DNA of 64,000 bases, from contig OZ249447.1 in assembly GCA_965235115.1 (NCBI GenBank), forward strand, positions 22,258,001 through 22,322,000, in the 5' to 3' direction. Source of the stretch: Laetmonice hystrix. Taxonomy: Eukaryota. The stretch's first letter is position 1. The number at the start of each line of letters is the position of its first letter. This document shows positions 49,746-61,240 of the stretch, one piece after another. The notes beneath the pieces were generated by a model. The model did not search any database, had not been told where the DNA came from, and saw nothing but the letters and a program-made list of their open reading frames with translations. A program made the translations under genes and the position numbers.

Positions 49746-50338
49746 TGATACAAACCACACACGCTCTAAAACAAAAAAACGAGAGGTCCAATATATGCCC
49801 ACACATGTCAGGGTATCAGTCAAGTTTAGGGCGTCGAAATAAACGTTTAATAATAGGGCAAGTGAAGGTAAGCAAACGGTAGATTAATGACATGTATGTG
49901 AGAACTTTGTATTACGTATTCTTTATGTAAGCTTCAAGAAGAGTGAATTGAAAATTTTGATTAAAACTCCCTTCAGGGCTAAGAATTGGAACCCCTGAAC
50001 CGTTCATGAGACATCCAAGTGCCTTTTTGTTCCGTCCCCCAGGACTCATTTATAAAGTAAGCGCACATACCAATCAACGAATAACAATTAATTAACCTTG
50101 TAAACAATTGATTACGTAAGTCTCTGTGTGTATTTTTAATTAACTGCACACCGGTAAGTAACAGCAGGTTAAGGCAGGCTGAGGTTGTTATAAACTCGAT
50201 GGCTGCCAGCACTGGGCGGCCTGGTTCCGCTCGGGTCCCACAGGTGGAGCCACGGTGAGGCCGTCAGGCTGGTGTCGTGATTGATGACTGTACGTGCTGA
50301 CAGTCGTCGATTTCCAGGTGTTGTCAGAGCTATATGAT

Positions 50339-50564
50339 TCACTATGTTATCATGGCACTACTGATGGCACTCACTGTGTTATCATGGCACTACTGATGGC
50401 ACTCACTGTGTTATCATGGCACTACTGATGGCACTCACTATATTATCATGGCACTACTGATGGCACTCACTGTGTTATCATGGCACTACTGATGGCACTC
50501 ACTGTGTTATCATGGCACTACTGATGGCACTCACTGTGTTATCATGGCACTACTGATGGCACTC
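50339..50564. repeat. Minisatellite, 32-bp unit, ~7 copies
   Basis: Unit tcactgtgttatcatggcactactgatggcac. It is unrelated to the 32-bp unit at 35 kb. Confidence 0.96.
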
Positions 50565-53205
50565 AGGTCGTCCAGACTGAGGTGATCATCACAATTTACA
50601 TACTAGCACATACTCGAGCAGAACGCCCGCTAATCCAAATCTATGTGGATAAACCCTATCTTATAATGTACATAATAGTGCATACAGTTTGCAGGTAGTT
50701 TTCTGTACCGGTTGCCCACTGTTTAATTACTAAAACATTGTATATGTTTTGAACAAAAACAGTGGTTTTAGATCCTCCTTGTGTCCAGTGATTATCTTGG
50801 CATGATCAAACATTCGAGCCGTAATATTTGTTTTGATATCCATATCCTCAACTAATGTTATTGAAAGCTATGTACGTGTATTTTGACAGCACACCCTGAT
50901 ATCTCCATCTAAAATTACTTAAACAGATTCTGATGGAAAAAATCGCGCGAGCTGTGGCTGCATTCATGCAGGAGGAGTCCCTAGAATGCCGTGGAGATGG
51001 GTGACGGTTTTCACAATTACAGACCAGATGAGAAGTGCCGCTAGGTGTTTGCCGAGGTGCAGGTGTAGGGGAAGAACCCATCAGGACGGCCCGTTTTCTC
51101 TCCTCGATCTGTGGCTACAGCTCACTGGCAGAGTAAACACCTTGCTGGGGGAGTAAGGCAGGGCACGCTTACCCGCTGACTCACAACCTGACTCACTTAA
51201 GGCCCCAACTGCTGCTGTACTTTTGATGCTTTTACTTGTAAAAGTTTTCTTGGCCAGAGTTTAATCCTCTGTTGATGTAAGCAGTGCGCTGTTCTCGGCT
51301 CGAAACGAACGGAGATGCGCCCTGATTCAGATTATGCGGAAAAAGTTTTGAAATCCTCCGAGTGCGTTGACGGAGGTTGGATTTCACAATATTTTCAAGG
51401 CATTATCAGGAAGAAATCATTTTAGGATTCCACTTTAAGGATTTCTTGTGGCAAAAACTTCGCGGGCTGATTAAGAAGACGTGGGGTTTATTTTATAATA
51501 CTTTCCTTTAAGATAATAATTTTCACGTAATTCTAGTCTCGTTGTTAGCTAAGTCGAAGGCCAACACCAACCACCCTGGAAACAAAACTGGATACCATAA
51601 GAATCCCTGTCTCTACATACGAAATAGCCTGACATCTAGGAGACAAGGTATTGTAAGGTGGTTTAGTGTAATTAAGAAATCAGCGACTGAGGAGTACATG
51701 ATACATGACATCCTAATATGGCAGATTTAGTGCGAATTGATTCACGTAACTGTCAGTGATGAACAACTTTATGTGATATTCATTGTAATATAACTTTTGT
51801 GATGCAGCAGCAGCGCTGCTCTACAAACTGCCCTTATGTATCTTAATGAAATATGTCTGTCTTAGAATACGACCAGCATATATCAGTTTGAAACCGTTTA
51901 CCTATCATGTAATGCGCTGTGACATTAGATAGATTCCTCCCATAGAGACAGACCAATAGTTTCATATAAGTGAATTATTTCAAAGTCGGCAAACTCATTG
52001 TGGTCGGGTTCTGACCCAATACTAGAATCGTGATTAACAGCTGCAGAAATCAATAAAACCAGACACATGATTCCAGACAGACTCAGGGAAATCATTCTTT
52101 TCAAATCAGTCTTTTATTTTTTACAGGTAGGGGTGCTAGATTAGCATATTAATTAGTCTATAGGATATGTTGATTGTTAGACTCTGGATGTAATAAGATG
52201 CTTTCCATTGAAAATTTAAAATGAATGAGAACTTCCATGGGAACCAACTCTATCTCACAACCAAACCATCTGACTTGATTTAAACACGTCAGAGTTTTTG
52301 TGATGTGTTGACGCTAAGGGAAACTTATCAGTTGTTATGGGAAGTTGTCAACCAAACATTGATGAAGATAACCCAACCGTTAGGGCGACAGAAGATTGGT
52401 ACTTGGCTCCAGCTGTGGAGAGGGAGAGTTGGCTATAAGATGGAGGTTATCTCGTCGACAGGAGGGTACTGACCCGTGCCTACCTTCGGATTGAGACCGA
52501 GGCTTGTTACGGCATCCAATCAAATCATGCTTATATGAAAACTAACCAATAGGAACGACTCCTGACATGGGATGACGAATGTTAGTTATTTTGTTGTTTT
52601 TATTCAAATAGTGGATTGAAAAGTTCCGGGGAATGAGTGAGGGGAATTGGCCTGTTGTTCACAGAAGACAATACACATTGAACGTGAACATTGGCAGCAG
52701 ACCAACTGGAACCGAAATCATATCAATTATTTACAGCAGCTTACACCAAAACACTCGGCCTATGGACCGTTTGAGGGCTTGACTTGGACTTAGTTTTACG
52801 TTGTTACAGTGTGTACGTCACTAATTAGCCTCGTCATTCCCATGACTGACGTGTCGAGTGACCTGGGTCAGGTCACCGAGATCGGTGTACTGGGGTCTGT
52901 GTGATGGGTTTTAGTTTGAGATCAAGGAACAGTTTGGGAGACGAAACTTGATGAAAACGTCAGAAAGGTGGTTGTGTCATCCATCACTGACCCGGCGTAC
53001 CTGTGGAGGGGTGGGGGGTCGTGGGGGTGGGGTATTGTGGGCGTGTCCTGTCTGGGAGGGGAGGTGGGGTGGCCTAGTGCAGGCTGGTAGAAACAGGGCG
53101 GTAAGCAGGCCACTTGTCACCAGGCACACTTCTAGGAATGCCTGGAAATGAAAGGTTGAAGGATACATCGCCAGGAAGTAATATTTACATCTCGCCGGGA
53201 GAATC

Positions 53206-53235
53206 ATGGCAGAAACCGAGGAAGATCAAGTGGAG
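53206..53235 (+). CDS. Candidate first coding exon, MAETEEDQVE
   Basis: aatcATGG has a good Kozak context, an in-frame TAA lies upstream, and 10 codons are followed by the consensus donor GAG|gtgagt (phase 0). I could not identify a matching downstream exon. Confidence 0.3.
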
Positions 53236-54871
53236 GTGAGTGTCTGCCATGGAAAGGTCCGCCATGGAAAGGTTTGGCGGATTTTACTCCATATACACAT
53301 ACCGTACCTTCATCCATCACCTGAATCCGGCACTCGGTGTTTGCCCAGCCTAAGTTTCCACTAAATGCCATTGTTACATGTACAATATCCTCCGGATGCC
53401 ACAGCGCATTCCAGGTTCCAGCTTATCGATCACTTCAGTAATTCTAATTCCAAGATGGATTAGTGCACCGATTGATTGCGTTACCAACTGTAGCCAGCCG
53501 GCCAGGCGGCGGTGCAATCACTGCCATCCACCACCACCACTGTGGAGTCGGTTTGCTGATTTATGTTTATTCACGTATAGTTTATGAAACTGACCCGTTT
53601 CATGGTTGGCAGGGGGAGAATCAAGCTGTTTCCACTGACCCGGAACGGCAGTGTATAATGTATGGGGTGGGAGCACCGCGCGTTATGATGCCCGACTTTG
53701 TTATGCAAAACTTGTAGGATAATGATTCATAAAAGCTCACGTGCTCAGGTGTATATGTGGTCGCCTGTCGTAATCCTCTGTTACCCTGAACACCTGGCCT
53801 TTACCCCTCTTACAAAGCACCCCATTATGTCACGTGATGATAACCCTCTTCAACACCATCCCCTCTCTTTGTGAGTTACCCTTTCCAGCTCACCCACTTT
53901 TTGATAGGTTTTTTCCCCCTCAAGGGTTGGCTGGAGTAGTAGGTAAGAAACTTTCTTCAACATGAGAATATGCAGAAAATCAGATTGTGGTGCAGTAAGT
54001 CAGCATGTGCATAAGTTGCCATGGTTGCACACAATAAAGCTTTATGATGAACAATGAGAGAGAAATCACGTAGACCACTCGACCAAGTTGTTTACTAGGG
54101 AGGCTGATGTGGGTCCATTCATGTGACCTACATAGAAAATGGCGAGCATTCATGTGAAGGGCTCTTACATAGGTTACCAGGGTGTACGGCCAAACTCAAA
54201 AGATTTAATTCATGATAAGGGTTTAATTTGCGTTGGAGAGACACTTCAAGTACGGTCAGTTGGCAAGGTTAATTGAAGACCTCGCGTTTTTATAAGGTAT
54301 GAATTTCTTTTTCTTTTTCATAATTTGCTAAATATGACAGATATTAATCTGCAAGGATGAAAAATATTTAAAAAAAAACGGAGAAAGAAAACTTCTGGTG
54401 AGCAATGCTTTCATTGTTAGACAAGATATAAAATAGACTGGGGACCAAGAAAGGACGTCATAATCTTGTTGATTTGGCATTTTGAAATTGGTCAATTTCC
54501 TGGTGACTCGTTGAATGAGTTGCCGTCAGAACGGGTTTGACTGGCCAGCAGCGGACGCTGCCATGTTTCCATGACAACTTTGACATGGAGACGCAGGCTC
54601 GTCGTCAGGGCGCTGTCAACTTCATCTGACATCATCATCCATTGCCGGCAGGAGCGGGAGTCGGCTCATATTTGCTGCCTTTGAAAAGGGCGACGGGAGA
54701 TTTTCTTTTCCACTTCGACAGACCTCCTGCAGTTTCTTCCCGACAGATAAAGATCTGCGCGAAAACATATTGCACATGTCGAAAGGCAATGTTTCATTGG
54801 GGAAGTTTTCTGATGGCTATCAAAGATGCGTGGGCAGATTCCAGAGAGAGATGATTGAGAGAAGATGGGGA

Positions 54872-55040
54872 NNNNNNNNNNNNNNNNNNNNNNNNNNNNN
54901 NNNNNNNNNNNNNNNNNNNNNNNNNNNNNNNNNNNNNNNNNNNNNNNNNNNNNNNNNNNNNNNNNNNNNNNNNNNNNNNNNNNNNNNNNNNNNNNNNNNN
55001 NNNNNNNNNNNNNNNNNNNNNNNNNNNNNNNNNNNNNNNN
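54872..55040. other. Assembly gap (169 N)
   Basis: Run of N. ORFs containing X that span it are artefacts. Confidence 0.99.
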
Positions 55041-56912
55041 GCGCATACAGCTCTCTGTAGGGTTAACAAAAACACACTATTTGTTTTATTAATGCAGTTC
55101 AATAATGACATATTTGAGAGCATATTGATGGCAAACTCATTTGTACCGTAATGGCGATGTCCTGTCAATAGCTGGTTGGGACCTGCCGAGGGGACGGCTC
55201 GGTGACCGGGAGCGAGCACGTCCCGCCGGCCGGCCGGACGACCGGAGGCGGGTGAGCCTGGCCTGGGGTTGGTTTGCTCACCAACACGACCACTCGCCTA
55301 CCTTCACGCCGCCGTATTGACTCTGCATTGCCGCTGATGAGAGCCTTCTGATGACAAAAGCTTCAGTGAAATGGAGTGGCGCACTGGTGGCCTTGGTCAG
55401 CGTATAATGGCCGAGCTACATTATCTCGAACAAGGTTTGCGCAGACGGTGAGTGTCGGTTGTTCCTACACGGGAACTTTGCACCAAGTTCTGTCGGTGTC
55501 GGCGTCAGCGCACTGGAGTAATGTCGAGGGTCACCAGAAGGGGGCGGGGTGGACATTGCCGTTGACACCCATATCGATATTGTTATTGGGTCTCATTGAA
55601 GCGAAGTCAATATCAGGTCATATTGTCGACATCAGGGTGACTGGTAGCTGTAATGTTCTCTTCACAAGGCCAGGGCCCTAGAGATCGATCTCTGGATCAC
55701 TCTACCGGGGATCATACAAGCCGGCAATGATCATTGTATGCTCGGAGTCTTCAGTGTTGAAACTTGCAGCATCTGGCTGCTGCTGCTGCTGATCGCAGCA
55801 AGTTGAGCGGCGGGCTTTCATCAGTGTCATTGGTTGTAATAATAGCTAGGAGATATGCAGTGGATTTATTGAGGATGGCTAGCGATGGATACGTTATTGT
55901 AGAACGATTGGTGACAGAGGACAGACTGTCCTAGCACCAAGGTGCTGACAGTGGTGTGTGCCTGAAGTTAGCTGTGAGCCAGCACGGCGGAGGAGGAGGA
56001 GACTCACTGAGTGATGGTGGTGGTGTGTAGCGTCGTTAAAAGTACGTGAGAGAGGGAGGGCGGAGAGAGGGAGAGGCCAGTCGCTTGATGTCTCTGTGGA
56101 GAGAGGCAGAGAGGGGGACGACATCGCATGCCAGTCCTTACCCGCCTTTTATCACAGCCACATGGCCCCGACACACTCTTACAAAACTACTGCATGCATC
56201 GACTGGGGGCGCGTGAGCCAAGGAGGCAGAGAGAGAGAGGCCTAGTGGTGATGGTGGTGGTGTTTGAGGTGGTGGTGATGGCTTCAGTTGTGCGGTGGTG
56301 CTTGCAGTGGTGCCACTGCAGCCAAGGTGAGCGCCTCACCTGATTGGAGGAGGCATATAATTGTGCTCATCCACCTTCTCCATCCTTCCATCCATCCATC
56401 CACCTATCCATCCATCCATCCCTCCACCTCAGCAGCCGTCCATTTATACATCTGTTTCTAAGTGTTGTGTGTAGATGTGAGGCCATGTAACTTCTTCCCG
56501 CCCACTTCTCCTCGCTGTCGTTCTCTGGTCCTCCTGTCGCCGTGTGTATGCACCGAGATAGAGGACCCCCATGGATGTCGTCTGCCAGCCAGCCAGGAGG
56601 TAGCCAGACAGCGCACCACCCTCCACAGCAGGAGTTTATTCATCACCATCTTCTCCATGCCAACAAAGGGCAGTGGGCGTCCGCCGAGCTACACCTGACA
56701 GTCTAGTATACCTGGAACAAAGACCGTCAGCGGGAACGGCTGACTGAAGGAGGAGTAGGCTCACCTGGACTTACGGCACCGGGTTTGGCACAAGTCCACG
56801 GTGGAGACAACTCAACCACACGTGCAGATGTCGAATGAACGCCTTCCACTCAACCATGACCAGGTTAGACACGTGCCATTCTACACTGACTAATGTGCAC
56901 AAAATTGCTTAC

Positions 56913-57027
56913 AAGGTGTAAAAATGAAATGATGAGAATGATGCATGATGGTTGTTGTCCGTTTAGTTTCGTGTAGGGCTCGTCGTAATCACTTTCTCGA
57001 GATGAGGCTGATGAGAAGTTCTCTACC
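56913..57027 (-). CDS. Candidate internal exon, xVENFSSASSRESDYDEPYTKLNGQQPSCIILIISFLHL
   Basis: Minus strand gccttttgtcag| 115 bp |gtaagc, open from phase 2 to phase 0, lying inside ORF 56865..57170. No family recognised. Confidence 0.22.
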
Positions 57028-60000
57028 CTGACAAAAGGCACCAGTTGATTGCAGATTTCTGCACATCTGATCAAATTGATTCCCAGAAAAGAACACCTGT
57101 AGGGGGCTGTGGTTGCCAGGGAAACGGTATGCTTCCCCATCGCTGGGCTGAGGCTGTAAGGGGTGAGCACGGCCCATTATGAGGGGGTTCCATTGTAGCC
57201 AGTGTCATTTGGGTATGAAAAGTACCCCCCAACGGTGGTCTCGAGTGGGGAGGCGCCCAAATTAGAAACAGGCGACAGGGGTTGTGCCAGGAAGTGGCGC
57301 TCGCATCGTGGCCATTATTGTCGAGGGTCTTCCAGATGGATTTGTAATGACAGATGAAGATTTGGTGGCCGGGATTGCTAGGTGTGTGTTAACTTGGAGG
57401 AGGATGTGTATAGTGGTCGTCATCCCATGAGGTAGCAGAGAAATGGGTCGAGTCGTGTCAGCTGGTGTGATACCTTCAGGTATGATCAGCCGCGTACAAT
57501 GACACGAACCCTACAATGATAACTCCCCGCGCTGCCCGTCACCATCAACCGCCGCCGCCGACGAGAAGTTTGTCGGCAAGGTTTTCATTATAAGGATTAG
57601 CAGCACGGTTCGCCATCGCTCCCTGCACCTCATCCACGCTGACATCTGACGCTAGGTGTGCGCTTTCCAAAGCTCATTTCATGGCTTTATCTGTCACTGT
57701 ACAACGAGAAGGGAATAAAGCGGCGGAGAGCAGGTAAGTCCGAGTCGGGTCGTGAGCCCACAGTGTGCGCCATCCACCCACGGCAGGCACGAGCTAGTTT
57801 AATGCCTACTTTTATCACACCCAGTAATAGCTTTACAATTCAGGCCATGGCATTAGTTGAGATTGACAGGCAGCCAGCTAGATGATTTCGTGCGATTTTC
57901 ACCGATTTCCACCCGCAGCAGGGTTCAGCACATTTTACCATGGACTGAGTATGGTTTCGCATCGAGCCACTGCCGAAGTGCCTAATACGTGGCCAGGCCG
58001 TGTGCTGAAATCCTCTGATTGAGGTATTTACGAAAGGCCTGCACGTGAATATTGCCTTTCACGTGGATATTAACACTGACGGTTACCAATGGCGACGAGG
58101 TCTGCCAACGGAAGGTTTGAGGGCATGCAGAGGCTTTTAATTTAAAAGTCTTGCTCGGGCTCAGGGTTCTGACTGCGAAGCAAGACTCAGAAAATCGCAA
58201 TCTCTTCGCAAGTCTGTGTTTAATGCAGATATCATTACGCTAAACAAACAACAGATTGTATCAAGCCTAAAAGTCACGATTCAGATAAAAAAACCACTTC
58301 TAATAGTCATCTTCCGTCATCCATTAAACCATTTTTTGTCGCTGTGCATACACAAATCGCCGCCGAAGCGCAGACACGTACCAAGTTAGCATTACATCGT
58401 CCAGGAATCCCTGCTGGTTGATTCACGTATGTACAACATTTATTTGTACACCTATATGTTTTAACATACGTTGGGTGTGTTTTTATTACCCTGATGCAGA
58501 TTCCATGTCGTTCCTCTTGTATTATAACGTTACCTATTTGCTTTTATGGCGACTGATTTTGAAAGGGAGTGAGAACAAACGTTAGTATTGTCATGTGCTG
58601 ATGGAATCAATATCCTCCATACATGCAGGGAAGAAGGCTGGAATGGAGAGATAAAGGACTATATAATTAGACAAGTATCGACAGCTTGGCATTGATTGCG
58701 ACCTGAGGCTGCGACAGGCGGAGATAGTAGTAGACCGGGTCTAGTTAGACAAGGGTCGTCAGAGGTCACGGTAAGTGCCTGCCACTGCCGACCACTTAAA
58801 GCAAACCCCTCCTTCTGTGGCGCCGACCCAGAACACAGAGAGGGGCGGGGTGCAATGTCTCTGACATATAGGAGGACAGTGGACAAGATATAAAGGGTCT
58901 TCATGGTCGAGAAAATATGGGCCCATCCTCATCAATTCATCATCATCTATAGGAAATCCATACGTTTCATGAATACATAACACAAGCAGTTCCCAATCCA
59001 AGCTCTGGAGTCAGATTCATACCCTGAACAGGATTCCGTGAGAAATCGTTAAACCAGGAACATATCCCCGCTCTATGTGGTCTATGTATAAAGTGTATAT
59101 TTATATATGTATGTATACATGTGAGGGTTGCGTTTATTAGTGGAGAGCTTTACTACTGACGTGATGATATGATTGATGCTGTAGAACGACGGCAGGTTCT
59201 GCTGAGAACATGATGTCTGTTGACATGATGAATCCATGGCTGACATGTTCCCCCATCTTGAAAGTCAATACGACTGGCGACACAAGGCTGGTGGAGCCGC
59301 TAGACCCGTCCCCGTCCCCCAACACCACCACTCCCACTCCCTACCTCCCCTGCCCGGCAGGCAGACTGCCTCATCATCACGACGCAAAGATGCGCACACA
59401 CTCTCTCTCCCTCTCTCTCACCAAAAACCAATGCAAAATGGTTTCTAAGAATTTCCATTTTAATTTGAATTACAGGGAATTTTGAGAAGACGGTTCCCTT
59501 ATGGAATCGAAGATAAAGGTTGAATACATGCTTCAGTGCTGTACTCAGACATATTCAGAAAGACCGTTCCCTTGTTGAACAGAACCCCCCCCCCCCGGTT
59601 TCATGTGTAATTATTTCCGGGGCTCCGGTCTATCTTAGCTTACACCAAAGGGCATTTAGTTTCTGCAGGGTCTGTCCCGCACTCTGTGATGTAGAGAAGT
59701 CCAGAATCGTGGGAACATTGCGGAGTAGATCATTGCCAGGTGCGAGATTGTCATAGTGACAAGCATGGGGCACCGTTTGGGTGGTTGGGGGCCGTCCTTG
59801 CCATCGAGGGTGAACAAGTTAGCACGGCTTTCTATACCCACGTGGCTGTCAGTAAGCATTTATTTGTTTATACAGGGAGGGACGAGTAGAGACTGGGGCT
59901 GGCAGACTGAGGCTCGGGTACACACGCCGTGTCCCTCTCCCTCTCTCTGTTTGCTTCCCAGCTCCACGCTGTCTGTCAGATCAGTTTTCTTCCATTGAGC

Positions 60001-61056
60001 AGGAAATTTAATTCATGGTCGATCATAAAAGCTAAACAGTACTCACTTAGGCAAGTCTTGTACTGGAGAAATCACGTGGCCAGCATGTGTGCAAGTGTTG
60101 GTTCTGCTCCCCTAACCCTGTTCCCTCCCTCCCTGTGGCCACCAGTAGAGGCTCGTCATGCTGGAGAATGTACCCCCTATCAAGTGGATGAAACGTCTGA
60201 CAGTGAATTATTAATGGCAGTGTTTTAACCAAAACATGCTAGTTGTGTTTGAAATCGCACACCACAGCGAGGAGCATGTGATGGCATCACATGTTGAGGA
60301 ACCGGTGGTTGAGTGCAAGGGAGGTTGGTCTGGGGCGACCCTGGGAACTGACAGACCACCAAGTGCTCTCTCTCCCCCCTCCCCGCCAGCATGGGAGTTC
60401 TCTGTATGGTCGTCGATCAAACGGGTACAGTCTGAAATGTAAACACATCATTAAGGCTCAGATGGCTTCATTTCAGGGTGTGTGATGATGGTTTGAATGC
60501 TATATATCAAAGTGGGCGTGTGCTGTGAGGTGGGTGGGAAGTGGGTGGGTATGTCCGCCGTATAGAAAAGGAAGGTCGAAGGTCTTGAGTGAATGTACAA
60601 ATCACAGCATGGCCGGCCACGATCACAATAAGGCTAAGTGAACTAACAGATGGTAGACAGACCAGACTATGGATGCTGGCGAACAGAGAGCTGGAGGTGG
60701 GCTGACAGATATCATAATGATATCGGATGGAGCACGACTCGGAGCTGCACGAGTCCAGCCTCCGTCCAACCATGTCACTCTGGTGTTGTCACGGAGACCG
60801 CGTGCCATGGGGGCCTTGATTGGCACGACAGGTCAGAGGTGAGCGCACGCATGCAGGTGGTCCTGTCCACGTTCGTGCATGTCGAGATCGGAGGGGGATG
60901 GACCTTGACCGGTGGTCAAGCTCGCGGTGGACAGGAGATGTCAAGCCTGCAGCGATGGAGCAACCAGAGGTTGTGCATCAGGCCTGCAGCGGTGACGCGG
61001 TGAGTCCTTGCACGTAAAATCTCCTGCAGTGTCCAACTCACAGGTTGCACATCAGG

Positions 61057-61240
61057 CCTCCTGCATTTCTGACCTTCAGGAACCTTGCCCATATCGCCTC
61101 CTGCATTTTTGACCTTCAGGAGCCTTGCCCGTAACACCTCCTGCATTTTTGACCTGCAGGAACCTTGCCCGTAACGCCTCCTGCATTTTTGACCTTCAGG
61201 AACCTTGCCCATAACGCCTCCTGCAGTTATGACCTTCAGG
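61057..61240. repeat. Minisatellite, 40-bp unit, ~4.6 copies
   Basis: Unit cctcctgcatttttgaccttcaggaaccttgcccgtaacg. Unit starts at 61057 and 61097. Confidence 0.93.

Noticed and set aside
49979-50212. HRDL kinase-like word
   Set aside because: Only four residues match, with no DFG, APE or other kinase subdomain.
54666-55219. ORFs spanning X runs
   Set aside because: Artefacts of translating through the N gap.
58759-59001. Protein-like ORF (YGFPIDDDELMRMGPYFLDHEDPLY)
   Set aside because: There is no credible donor site and no known motif.
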